Below, in pieces: positions 45,385-54,179 of a DNA stretch of 64,000 nt. The notes beneath the pieces were generated by a model that saw only the letters and a list, made by a program, of their open reading frames with translations, was not told the origin of the DNA and ran no database searches. This DNA is from Clostridiales bacterium (GTDB taxonomy: Bacteria; Bacillota; Clostridia; Christensenellales; CAG-138): NCBI GenBank assembly GCA_012517905.1, contig JAAYUE010000083.1, positions 9,070 to 73,069 of the forward strand. The letters run 5' to 3'. Position 1 is the stretch's first letter. Each line of letters opens with the position of its first letter. The translations under genes and the position numbers were made by a program.

Positions 45385-45724
45385 GATTTTCTCCCTTTCC
45401 GCAGACGGCCGATATGCTCGCCTGCATGCTCTCCCATTCCTTCAGCAGCCGCGAAAAGACCTCTTTCCCCTTGCGGCTGAGCGTGTAATATTTTCTCGGC
45501 CTGCTTTCGCTGGTGTCCCAGTCGCTGGTGAGCAATTCCTGACTCTCCAGGCGGCGCAACAGCGGATAAAGCGTATTCGCCTCGATGTCGATGTTCTGCT
45601 CCTGCAGCGTCTGCAGCAGCGCGTAGCCATATCGCGGCTGCCGGAGGCTGCCCAGCACGGCGAGCGTCAGGCTCCCGCGCCGCAACTCGGTCAGAAAATT
45701 TTGCATCGGTTCCAATTCGGGCAT
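45377..45724 (-). CDS. PadR family transcriptional regulator
   Basis: Winged-HTH segment LAVLGSLRQPRYGYALLQTL...NTLYPLLRRLESQELL...RKYYTLSRKG. Confidence 0.9.
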   Translation of the reverse strand: MPELEPMQNFLTELRRGSLTLAVLGSLRQPRYGYALLQTLQEQNIDIEANTLYPLLRRLESQELLTSDWDTSESRPRKYYTLSRKGKEVFSRLLKEWESMQASISAVCGKGENHE

Positions 45725-45743
45725 TCGGTATCACCTCGGACGC

Positions 45744-45773
45744 ATTATACTGTGTGTCGCACTATATTGTCAA
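45744..45773 (-). promoter_or_regulatory. Promoter of the PadR operon
   Basis: Minus strand reads TTGACA (45773-45768), 18-nt spacer, TATAAT (45749-45744), then a GGTGA RBS. Confidence 0.55.
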
Positions 45774-45816
45774 TATAATTTTACTAACAAAATTAAAATA
45801 TACTGAACTGAACAGC

Positions 45817-45846
45817 AAAAATAAAAAACAGCCCTTCTGGACTGCC
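45817..45846 (-). terminator. Orphan intrinsic terminator with no CDS upstream
   Basis: Minus strand reads CAGTCC-agaa-GGGCTG (one G-U pair that would be a C-A mismatch on the plus strand), followed by TTTTTTATTTTT. Confidence 0.6.
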
Positions 45847-46256
45847 TTTGACGCTGCTAAATCGCACGAGGGCGGCATCCGATACTCGCAAAGGGGTCCC
45901 GCCCTTGCACGTATACCGGATGCAGCCCTCGCGACTCGTATCGCTGCCCGACGGCCCTTTCCGTAGAGGGCGCTGATGCTGCGGCCGACGTGAGGAGAGA
46001 GTTCCCACAGCCGGGCGGCGCATACGGACGGCGAACCCTGAAAACTGCTTTGCCGATCTCCGCCGCCCGTGCGAAACGCGCGGCCAACGGATACCATCTG
46101 TATATAAGACGATCGAACCCGCGTTTCGTGACACGAGAAATTATGAACTTTTTATGAACAAAAGCGCGGCACGGACCTTCCGCCGAAAGCGGGCGCACCG
46201 CTGGCTCAAAGCGGCAAAACGTGCTATTCTGAAATCAGAAAGCGAGGCGCGACGAA

Positions 46257-46979
46257 ATGGAGATTCGAATTCACGACATCGGCGGATATATACTGCGCAA
46301 CTATGTGCTTGAGACCCCGCTGGGCTGGATCGGCGTGGATTCGGGCTATCCGGGCGGATTTTCGCGCTACCGCGCGCGCTTTGAACGGCTCGCGCCGCTG
46401 CGGGAGATGACGTTTGTGTTTCTCACGCACGCGCACAACGACCACGCGGGTTTTCTCGCCGAACTGCTGAAGGAAAGCGGCGCGCGGCTCGTGCTGAGCG
46501 AAAAGAGCCTGCCCCGCCTTGCCGCGGGAGAAAACATACTGCCGGAGGGAACGGGATTCATCTCCCGCGGCGCGCGGCTGTTTTCCTCGCTGATGAAATC
46601 CGGCGCATATCCGCCGGTCGTGCCGGACGGGTCGGCGCTGGTGCTGCGCGACGGGCGCGATCAACCGTTTCTCGATTTGGGACTGCCGATTCGCGTTGTG
46701 CATCTGCCGGGACACACGGCGGATTCCATCGCGCTGTTTCTGGAGGAAACGCGGGAGCTTCTCTGCGGCGACGCGGCCGCAAACGCCGTCATCGCCCCCG
46801 CGCGGCACGCCATATTGATCGAAGACGCCGCCGCATTCTGCCGCTCCTGGGATGACATGCTCGCGCTGAATCCGACGCGCATCTATCCTTCGCACGGCAA
46901 TCCCTTCTCGCCGGAGGACCTCGTCAAATATCGGCGGTATCTGGACGATAACGCGCTGTTTCCGCCAAAGCGGCTCTAG
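46257..46979 (+). CDS. MBL-fold metallo-hydrolase
   Basis: THAHNDHAGF contains the HxHxDH motif. Confidence 0.88.
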   Translation: MEIRIHDIGGYILRNYVLETPLGWIGVDSGYPGGFSRYRARFERLAPLREMTFVFLTHAHNDHAGFLAELLKESGARLVLSEKSLPRLAAGENILPEGTGFISRGARLFSSLMKSGAYPPVVPDGSALVLRDGRDQPFLDLGLPIRVVHLPGHTADSIALFLEETRELLCGDAAANAVIAPARHAILIEDAAAFCRSWDDMLALNPTRIYPSHGNPFSPEDLVKYRRYLDDNALFPPKRL

Positions 46980-46997
46980 ACGCGCCCAAACAAAACG

Positions 46998-47034
46998 CCG
47001 CCTCCGGCGCATGGCCGGAGGCGGTATGTTTTTA
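46998..47034. terminator. Terminator between the convergent MBL and GNAT genes
   Basis: CCGCCTCCGGC-gcatg-GCCGGAGGCGG followed by TATGTTTTT. Confidence 0.7.
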
Positions 47035-47057
47035 TATTCACTCTCAGTATTCGCTCT

Positions 47058-47540
47058 TTATTCGTTTGATTCCGTCAGGTTTTTTCGAAAGCAGATGCTT
47101 TCTTTCACGCCCTCGTACGGCGGATAGTTCGCAATGCGCTCATACCCCGACGTTTCGTAGAGGCGGATCGCCTCGGGCTGGAGAACGCCCGTTTCAACCA
47201 CGACGGCGCGATGCCCCAGCTCCCGCGCCCAGACTTCCAGTTCGGCAAGCACCGCGCGGGCGACGCCCCGCCCGCGATACGCCGCGGGCACGAATACGCG
47301 CTTGACCTCCACGACATCCTGGGAAAACGGCTTGAAGCAGCCGCATCCGGCGAGCGCGCCGTCCATGCGAGCCACCAGCGCGGTCTCCACGTCCGCAGAA
47401 TGATTATATTGGCCGAAAAACTCCATCTGCGCGCCGTATCGCGCGTCGAGGTCCTCGTCCAGCGCGGCGGTCAGCGCGCAAAAGCCCGGATCGTCCCCGC
47501 AGCAGCGGGTGAGGGAAAGCGACTGATCAGTGTTCTTCAA
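47058..47540 (-). CDS. GNAT family N-acetyltransferase
   Basis: Acetyl-CoA loop VFVPAAYRGRGVARAVL. Start is uncertain: TTG 47540 was chosen because the track's upstream extension overlaps the preceding gene. Confidence 0.78.
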   Translation of the reverse strand: MKNTDQSLSLTRCCGDDPGFCALTAALDEDLDARYGAQMEFFGQYNHSADVETALVARMDGALAGCGCFKPFSQDVVEVKRVFVPAAYRGRGVARAVLAELEVWARELGHRAVVVETGVLQPEAIRLYETSGYERIANYPPYEGVKESICFRKNLTESNE

Positions 47541-48237
47541 TATAGCGATCCAGCTCCTCGTGATATACGTCGATGCGTGTCTCCTGCACCTCGGTCGGCT
47601 CGCCAAGCACGAGATCCATCATGTGGTGCGGCGTCTTGCCGCCGATGTACATGGACTTGATGCACGAAACGCAGTAGACCGCGACATCCTGGCAGGGCAT
47701 CTGCGCGGCGCGTTTTTTCTGAAACGCGTTGACCTCCTCCACGGAGACGAGCGGGTAGAAGTTATCGCCGCAGCAGATCGACTTTGTCCCCGAAAATTCG
47801 CTTTCGATCACTTCGATGTGCATCTTGTCGAGCAGGCTCCGCACCGCGGCGTGCACCTGCGGTTTCTTTCGAAACGAGCAGGAGTCGTGCACCGAAAGCT
47901 GCAGCCCGTCGTAGGTCGGCAGCGGCAGGGCGGGGATGCCGTCGAGCACTTCCCAGACCGAGATGGTGCTGATCCCCTCGTAGAGCGAGCGGAAGCGGCG
48001 GTCGCAGCCGGCGCAGTTGTTTATGATCGTAGCGCCTTTCGGCAGGTTCGGCTCGTGTCGGCAGCAGGTGGTGTGCAGCTTTGTCGGCAGAAACCGGCGG
48101 TTGAGCAGATACAGTATCTCCTCCACCTCGTCCGGTTTATACAGCGCCATCGCGCAGCCGGGGTTGAAATAACATTTGTCGGGGTCGATGTCCTCGAGCT
48201 GAATACTTGGTATGCCGGATAACCCAGGGTCGTCCAT
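47527..48237 (-). CDS. Cysteine-rich CCG-domain (Fe-S) protein, heterodisulfide-reductase-B/LutA-like
   Basis: Track ORF 47527..48699 trimmed to ATG 48237 after GGAGGG. Second half shows C-X34-CCG-X32-CxxC (SICCGDNF...CVSC). First half shows a C...CC...CAGC pattern. Confidence 0.7.
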   Translation of the reverse strand: MDDPGLSGIPSIQLEDIDPDKCYFNPGCAMALYKPDEVEEILYLLNRRFLPTKLHTTCCRHEPNLPKGATIINNCAGCDRRFRSLYEGISTISVWEVLDGIPALPLPTYDGLQLSVHDSCSFRKKPQVHAAVRSLLDKMHIEVIESEFSGTKSICCGDNFYPLVSVEEVNAFQKKRAAQMPCQDVAVYCVSCIKSMYIGGKTPHHMMDLVLGEPTEVQETRIDVYHEELDRYIEEH

Positions 48238-48340
48238 GAAGAACCTGTCCCTCCTTCTCGTTTTAAAATTTATATCAGCAATCTTTAATCTGCCGCTCGG
48301 ATACGCCGCCGCGCATCCGAAGAGATTCGTATCAAAGTTT

Positions 48341-48904
48341 CTATCGGTAGAGCTTGATCTCCCGCTCGGACACGCCATAGCGCATCCGAAGATATTCGTA
48401 CAGGTTGGCGCAGGCCAGCGCGTCGTCCAGCGCGTTGTGGTGGTGCTCCAGCGGAATGCCCAGCCCCGCGCAGAGGTCGTTGAGCCGGTGGCTGCCGAAC
48501 GCCGTCTTCGGAATATGCCGCCGGGATTTTTCCAGCGTGCAGAGATACCGCCAGTTTTCGGCATGGATCTGCTCGCGCAGCAGCGCCTTTCGAATGACCG
48601 GCAGGTCGAAGAGCGCATTGTGCGCCACGAGCAGGCGGCCGGTGATATGCGGCTCGATCTCGGGCCAGAGTTCGGAGAGCGACGGTTCGCGCTCCACATC
48701 CTCCGGGCGGATGCCGTGGATGGCGATGTTTCCTGCGTCGAAATCGTCGCAGGGGTTCACGAGGCGGTGCAGCCGCAGCGGCTCGCCTTCCCCGTCCACG
48801 CGGACGATGCCGATGGAGCAGATCGAGCGGGAATAGCGGTTCGGCGTTTCCACGTCCACGGCGGTATAGCGATCGAATTCGCTGTCCCCGAATAAGCCCG
48901 GCAA
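48341..48904 (-). CDS. DnaQ-like 3'-5' exonuclease (DEDDh, epsilon-type)
   Basis: Exo I AVDVET, Exo II AHNALFDL, Exo III HHNALDDA. TTG start after GGGAGGG. Confidence 0.87.
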   Translation of the reverse strand: MPGLFGDSEFDRYTAVDVETPNRYSRSICSIGIVRVDGEGEPLRLHRLVNPCDDFDAGNIAIHGIRPEDVEREPSLSELWPEIEPHITGRLLVAHNALFDLPVIRKALLREQIHAENWRYLCTLEKSRRHIPKTAFGSHRLNDLCAGLGIPLEHHHNALDDALACANLYEYLRMRYGVSEREIKLYR

Positions 48905-49121
48905 CCCTTGCCCTCCCTTGCCCCGAAGCGGGGCCGATGATTCATAGAGGCTATTATATCACACCCGCATTCGAAAAAAACGCCGATTTCCAGCGATTTC
49001 ATTCCTGCGCGCGCTTCCTTGCGCTTTTCTTGCGCCCCCAAACATGGTATAACTACGAATAAGAGCGGCGTTTAGCGCCTGTGCGCGCCGAACGCCGCCA
49101 GATCAAGCAAGGCGATCATCC

Positions 49122-49778
49122 ATGAAAACACAACTCCCCATCTGTTATATCGTCTGCGCGCTGCCGCAGCAGCATGCGCTCCGTCCCGCCCCGGGCGATC
49201 TCGTCATTGCCGCGGACGGCGGATATGCGCATCTGGCGGGCGTGCACGCGGACCTTGTCGTCGGCGATTTCGACTCGCTCGGCTATGTGCCCGAGGGGGA
49301 AACCGTCGTCAGGCATCCCGCCGAAAAGGACGACACGGACACCATGCTCGCCGCGCGGCTCGGGCTCGAACGCGGATACCACGCGTTTCTGCTGCTCGGC
49401 GGCGTGGGCGGCCGGCTCGACCATACGCTGGCAAACATCCAGACGCTTGCGTTTCTGCGCGCAAACGGCGCGCGCGCCGCGCTGCAGGGAGAGACCGTGA
49501 CCGTCACGATGATTCAGAACGAAGCGCTGCGCTTTCGCGAAGGGCTGAGCGGCATCCTCTCGGCGTTTTCCTATGGCGAGCGCGCGAGCGGCGTATATGA
49601 GCGCGGGCTCGCCTACGCGCTGGACGACGCGACGCTGACGGACGCGAACCCGCTCGGCGTGAGCAACGCGTTTACGGGCGCGCCCGCAGAGCTGTCCGTG
49701 CGCAGCGGCAGGCTGCTCGTCTACTATGAAGGAACGCCCGCAGACTGCGGATTGTTCGACCGGACAAACGGCATTTGA
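49122..49778 (+). CDS. thiN: Thiamine diphosphokinase
   Basis: VGDFDS, EKDDTD and GGVGGRLDHTLANI motifs. Confidence 0.88.
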   Translation: MKTQLPICYIVCALPQQHALRPAPGDLVIAADGGYAHLAGVHADLVVGDFDSLGYVPEGETVVRHPAEKDDTDTMLAARLGLERGYHAFLLLGGVGGRLDHTLANIQTLAFLRANGARAALQGETVTVTMIQNEALRFREGLSGILSAFSYGERASGVYERGLAYALDDATLTDANPLGVSNAFTGAPAELSVRSGRLLVYYEGTPADCGLFDRTNGI

Positions 49779-49868
49779 AGAAAACTTGATGCATCTGTGC
49801 TATTTTGACAGATACCCTGTGGGTAATTTGCACCAGAACACCTTCTTTTTCAGGTTCGGGGGGATACG

Positions 49869-50546
49869 ATGTTTCACATTTTAGTCGTCGAGGACGACCG
49901 GGCGCTGCGGGAGCTCTTCTGCACGGTGCTGTCGAAAAACGGCTTCGTCTATCACGAAGCGCGGGACGGCGCGGACGCCTGGGACGTGCTGGAAAAACAG
50001 TATATCGACCTTGTGGTGACGGACATCATGATGCCGAACATGGACGGGTTCTCATTCGTAAAGAGTCTGCGCGAAAACGACCTGAACATGCCCGTGCTCA
50101 TGATCACCGCCAAGGACACCTTCGAGGACATGCAGAGCGGATTTCTCGCGGGCACGGACGACTACATGGTCAAGCCCGTGAACGTCAACGAGATGATCCT
50201 ACGCATCAACGCGCTGCTCAAGCGCGCGCAGATCGTAAACGAAAAGAAGATCCGCTTTGAAAATGCGGAGCTGAAGTATGACGACCTCACCGTCTGCATC
50301 GGCGGGGACTGCAGCGTGCTGCCGCAAAAGGAATTTTACATTCTCTACAAGCTGCTCTCCAATCCCGGCCGCGTGTTTACCAAGCAGCAGATCATGGACG
50401 AAATCTGGGGCATGGACACCGAAAGCGATCCGCATACGCTGGACGTGCACATCAGCCGCCTGCGCGAGCGCTTTAAGGACGGCGCGCAGTTTGAAATTGT
50501 CACCATCCGCGGGCTGGGGTACAAGGCGGTGAAAAGGAATGCCTAA
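49869..50546 (+). CDS. OmpR-family response regulator
   Basis: Receiver domain (ILVVEDD...DLVVTDIMMP) plus winged-helix domain (PHTLDVHISRLRERF...IRGLGYK). Confidence 0.92.
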   Translation: MFHILVVEDDRALRELFCTVLSKNGFVYHEARDGADAWDVLEKQYIDLVVTDIMMPNMDGFSFVKSLRENDLNMPVLMITAKDTFEDMQSGFLAGTDDYMVKPVNVNEMILRINALLKRAQIVNEKKIRFENAELKYDDLTVCIGGDCSVLPQKEFYILYKLLSNPGRVFTKQQIMDEIWGMDTESDPHTLDVHISRLRERFKDGAQFEIVTIRGLGYKAVKRNA

Positions 50547-51597
50547 GCTGCCCGAGATCAAAGCCCGCCCGCGCGCGGCGCAGATCTTCGCCGTGATCAT
50601 CGCGGGGATTCTCACCGCGTCCCTGCTGCTGACCTACGGCATCATCTTTGTTTTGCTCCGGCTGCGAATTGCGACGCTCACGGCGATCATCACCTCCACC
50701 ACCTACATGAGCATATTCGTGATCATCCTCGGCGTCGGCATCGCCGCATATACGTCCGCAAAGATGCTCTCCCCCATCCTGAAGATCAACGACGCGGCGA
50801 AGAAAGTCGCCCGCGGCGATTTTTCCGTGCGGCTGGAAGAAAAGAGCATCGCAAAAGAGATCGAAGAGATCGCAACGAGCTTCAACATCATGGTAAAGGA
50901 GCTCTCCAACACGGAGACGCTGCGCAGCGACTTTGTCAGCAACGTATCCCACGAATTCAAAACGCCGCTCTCCGCCATAGAAGGCTACGCCACGCTGCTG
51001 CAGGACGAGCGCCTGAGCAAGGAGGAGCAGGCGCAATACGTCTCCCGCATCCTCGAAAATACGAGCCGGCTCAGCCGCCTGACGCAGAGCATCCTCTCGC
51101 TTTCGCAGCTGGAAAACCAGGAGATCGTGCTCCAGCAGGAGAGCTTCATGCTCGACGAGCAGATCCGCCGCGTGCTGCTGAGCTACGAGCCGCTCTGGGA
51201 GGAGAAGGAGCTCAACATCGATCTCAGCCTCGAAGCCACGCTGTTTTACGGCAGCAAGTCGCTCCTGGCGCAGGTCTGGAGCAACCTCATCGACAACGCG
51301 ATCAAGTTTTCCAATCAGGGTGGCACGCTCTCCATCGGCTGCCGGGAATTCGACGGCAAGGTCTTTGTTCGCGTCGCGGACACCGGCACGGGTATGTCCG
51401 AAGAGGTGAAAAAACATGCGTTTGATAAGTTTTATCAGGGGGAGCGGTCGCATGCCGGCCAGGGCAGCGGCCTCGGCCTCGCGCTGGTGCGCCGCATCGT
51501 CACGCTCTGCGGCGGTACCATCGAGCTGATCAGCGCGGAGGGCAAGGGCACCAAAATCACGGTGATGTTCGACGCGACGCAACCGCACGCGGACTGA
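50539..51597 (+). CDS. Sensor histidine kinase
   Basis: Two TM segments, HAMP-like segment, H-box SHEFKTPL, N-box DNAIKFS, G2 GSGLGLALV. 8-nt overlap with the RR gene. Confidence 0.9.
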   Translation: MPKLPEIKARPRAAQIFAVIIAGILTASLLLTYGIIFVLLRLRIATLTAIITSTTYMSIFVIILGVGIAAYTSAKMLSPILKINDAAKKVARGDFSVRLEEKSIAKEIEEIATSFNIMVKELSNTETLRSDFVSNVSHEFKTPLSAIEGYATLLQDERLSKEEQAQYVSRILENTSRLSRLTQSILSLSQLENQEIVLQQESFMLDEQIRRVLLSYEPLWEEKELNIDLSLEATLFYGSKSLLAQVWSNLIDNAIKFSNQGGTLSIGCREFDGKVFVRVADTGTGMSEEVKKHAFDKFYQGERSHAGQGSGLGLALVRRIVTLCGGTIELISAEGKGTKITVMFDATQPHAD

Positions 51598-51626
51598 GAA
51601 AAACAGCGCTATTCCCTATACACGCC

Positions 51627-51654
51627 GGCGCCGTATCGGGCGTCGCTTTTTTTG
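51627..51654 (+). terminator. Terminator after the HK gene
   Basis: GGCGCC-gtatcg-GGCGTC (one G-U pair), then GC and T7. Confidence 0.5.
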
Positions 51655-51681
51655 TTGCAATACCGTCGATACGCGTTTGAG

Positions 51682-51720
51682 TTGAACTTTTGTTGAAGTT
51701 CTATTGAACTTCGTTTGAAG
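51682..51720 (+). promoter_or_regulatory. Four phased TTGAA(C/G) direct repeats at 11-bp spacing (candidate OmpR-type RR binding array)
   Basis: TTGAAC at 51682, TTGAAG at 51693, TTGAAC at 51704, TTGAAG at 51715. Located between the TCS and the degV genes. Confidence 0.5.
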
Positions 51721-51789
51721 GACGCCTGTTATGCTAATAACTTACTGTTATGCAGTCAAATCAAACGACAGAACAGGGAGAAACCGTTG

Positions 51790-52617
51790 ATGGACTATAC
51801 GCTTGTTGCCGACAGCTGCTGCGACCTGACGGATGAACTGAAAAAAGAGTGGAACGTCAAGACCGTTCCGCTGACGCTCACGCTCGCCGACGAATCCTAT
51901 CAGGACGACGATCAACTCGACTTGCCGGATTTCATGGCGCGCATGCACGCCTGCAAGGGCCGCGTCGGCTCCGCCGCCCCCGCGCCGGGGCTCTACGCCG
52001 AAGCGTTCGGCAAGGACGACTCGTTCGCCGTTACGCTTTCCGGCAACCTCTCCGGCTCCTACGCCAGCGCCATGGCGGGCAAGGAAATGGCCGAGGAAGC
52101 GGGCGCGAAGGTTCACGTGTTCGACTCGCGCAGCGCCGCCGCGGCGGAGGTGCTGCTCGTTCTCAAGCTCCGCAAACTGATTCAGGACGGGCTGCAAAAG
52201 TCCGAAATCATCCAGCGCGTCGATCGCTTTATCAAGGAAATGCGCACGTTTTTCGTGCTGGACAACATCGACAATCTGCTCAAAAACGGCCGGCTCAACC
52301 GCATCACGGCGACGATCATCTCTACGCTGCACATCCGCCCCATCATGGGCGCGGACGGGGACGGCAACATCTCGCTCTTTTCGCACGTGCAGGGTTGGAA
52401 GCAGGTCGTACGCAAGCTCGCGGACACCATTGAAACCGACGGGCGCGACACCGAAGGCCAAAGCCTCGTGATCACGCACTGCAACAACCCCACGCTTGCC
52501 GAAGAGCTCAAGGCCGAAATCGAGCGGCGCTACCGCTTTGCGGAGATCCTCGTGCTGCCGACGCGCGGGCTCAGCTCGCTCTACGCCAACGAAAAAGGCG
52601 TCATCATGGCGTTCTGA
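51790..52617 (+). CDS. DegV family fatty-acid-binding protein
   Basis: Trimmed to ATG 51790 after GGGAGAA. Size and pattern are DegV-like (LVADSCCDL...GSAAPAPG...LSGNLSGSY). Confidence 0.85.
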   Translation: MDYTLVADSCCDLTDELKKEWNVKTVPLTLTLADESYQDDDQLDLPDFMARMHACKGRVGSAAPAPGLYAEAFGKDDSFAVTLSGNLSGSYASAMAGKEMAEEAGAKVHVFDSRSAAAAEVLLVLKLRKLIQDGLQKSEIIQRVDRFIKEMRTFFVLDNIDNLLKNGRLNRITATIISTLHIRPIMGADGDGNISLFSHVQGWKQVVRKLADTIETDGRDTEGQSLVITHCNNPTLAEELKAEIERRYRFAEILVLPTRGLSSLYANEKGVIMAF

Positions 52618-52663
52618 TCGGCCCGGCATCCGCTTTTCAATCCTATCATTCGGGAGGAAACCC

Positions 52664-53551
52664 ATGAATCCGTATGTGCTGACCTGCTGCTCCACCGCCG
52701 ACATGCCGAAGGAATATTTCGAGCGGCGGAACATCCCCTATGTCTGCTTTCATTTCACCATAGACGGCGTGGAATATCCCGACGACCTCGGCCAGAGCAT
52801 GTCGTTTGACGAATTTTACGCGCGCATCGAGGCGGGCGCCATGCCGACCACCTCGCTGGTCAACACCGAGCAGTTTCTCGCGTTTTTCGAACCGCTTTTA
52901 AAGGACGGCAAAGACGTTCTGCACCTCTCGTTTTCCTCCGGCCTGTCCGGCACCTACGCCAGCGCCGTGCTTGCCCGGGCCGAGCTGAAGGAGCGCTATC
53001 CCGAGCGAACGATCCGGGTGATCGACTCTCTTGGCGCGTCCTCCGGATACGGCCTGATGGTGGACCGGCTTGCGGACATGCGGGACGCAGGCGCTTCTCT
53101 GGAAGAAGCCGCGTCGTGGATTGAACAGCACCGGCTCAATCTGCACCACTGGTTTTTCTCCACCGACCTGACGCACTACAAGCGCGGCGGGCGCATCTCG
53201 CCGGCGGCGTTCGCCATCGGCTCACTGCTCAACATCTATCCGCTCATGAACATGGACGAGGGCGGCCACCTGACCCCGCGCTTCAAGATCAACGGCAAGA
53301 AGCGCGTGATGCGCGAAATCGTCAAACAGATGGAGCTGCATGCCGAAAACGGACTGGCCTACGATAAAAAGTGTTTCATCTCCAACTCCGCCTGCATGGA
53401 GGACGCAAAGACCGTCGCCGCGCTCGTGGAGCAGACCTTTCCCAAGCTCGACGGCAAGGTGATGATCAACAGCGTCGGCACCGTCATCGGTTCGCATACC
53501 GGCCCCGGCACCGTGGCGCTGTTTTTCTGGGGAGACTCCAGAAAGAAATAA
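52664..53551 (+). CDS. DegV family fatty-acid-binding protein (paralog)
   Basis: Trimmed to ATG 52664 after GGGAGGAAA. Contains TSLVN...SSGLSGTY...HTGPGTVALF. Confidence 0.87.
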   Translation: MNPYVLTCCSTADMPKEYFERRNIPYVCFHFTIDGVEYPDDLGQSMSFDEFYARIEAGAMPTTSLVNTEQFLAFFEPLLKDGKDVLHLSFSSGLSGTYASAVLARAELKERYPERTIRVIDSLGASSGYGLMVDRLADMRDAGASLEEAASWIEQHRLNLHHWFFSTDLTHYKRGGRISPAAFAIGSLLNIYPLMNMDEGGHLTPRFKINGKKRVMREIVKQMELHAENGLAYDKKCFISNSACMEDAKTVAALVEQTFPKLDGKVMINSVGTVIGSHTGPGTVALFFWGDSRKK

Positions 53552-53582
53552 GCGCTTCAACGGTTGAACATGATCGATTTCT

Positions 53583-53611
53583 ATCCCGCGCCTATGCGCG
53601 GGATTTTTTTG
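53583..53611 (+). terminator. Intrinsic terminator after the degV pair
   Basis: ATCCCGCGC-ctat-GCGCGGGAT followed by T7. Confidence 0.8.
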
Positions 53612-53623
53612 TCAAAAAAGCGC

Positions 53624-53652
53624 TTGACAAACTCCTTATTATTCCATATTAT
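53624..53652 (+). promoter_or_regulatory. Promoter of the HTH gene
   Basis: TTGACA, 17-nt spacer, TATTAT. Overlapped by ATTATTCC repeats. Confidence 0.55.
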
Positions 53653-53724
53653 TCCGTTATAAGGAATTATAAGAAGTTCTATTTCGCGTTTTCAACATGA
53701 AACGGGGAATTGGGAGGAACCAAT

Positions 53725-54153
53725 ATGCAGGAGAAGTATTACACCGTGGAGCAGATTTCCGGTCTGCTGCAGATGCACCCGAAGACCGTGCAGCGCTATA
53801 TCCGCGAGGGAAAGCTCCGCGCGGTCAAGGTCGGCAAGGGCTGGCGCGTCAGCGGACACGATCTGAGCGTGTTCACCGAGAGCGTGCCGGAGAGCGGTTC
53901 CGAAAGGCCGACCGCCGTCGTCTCCTGCGTTGCGGACGTCTACGCCGCGGACAAAGAAGCCGCCATCCGCCTGATGAACACCCTCGGCGCGGGGCTCAAC
54001 AGCAAGCCCGCAGATTACGGCAGGAGCAGCATGCAGACGCAGTATATTCCCGAGGAACAAAAGCTGCGCGTCACGCTCTATGGCGGCGCGCGCATCGTCG
54101 CCGCGATGCTGGACGCCATCGCAATGCTGACGGAAGAGCCCGAAGAAGCGTAA
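53725..54153 (+). CDS. Excisionase/MerR-type HTH domain protein with an uncharacterised C-terminal domain
   Basis: YTVEQISGLLQMHPKTVQRYIREGKLRAVKVGKGWRV. GGGAGGAA RBS. Confidence 0.7.
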   Translation: MQEKYYTVEQISGLLQMHPKTVQRYIREGKLRAVKVGKGWRVSGHDLSVFTESVPESGSERPTAVVSCVADVYAADKEAAIRLMNTLGAGLNSKPADYGRSSMQTQYIPEEQKLRVTLYGGARIVAAMLDAIAMLTEEPEEA

Positions 54154-54179
54154 TCTCTCTGAAGAAAGGATAACTTGAT

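Noticed and set aside
46110-46120. GGGTTCGATCG on the minus strand, resembling a tRNA/tmRNA T-arm.
   Set aside because: The 3' side of a T-stem (CCCGC) and an acceptor stem/CCA are absent. No tmRNA tag-like reading frame (…ALAA-stop) or 5' GGGG acceptor start was found.
48238-48699. 154-codon N-terminal extension of the CCG-domain ORF (track 47527..48699).
   Set aside because: It runs out of frame through the exonuclease gene and the duplicated spacer. It is Ser/Arg/Thr/Trp-rich nonsense. A GGAGGG-ATG start at 48237 begins the conserved part.
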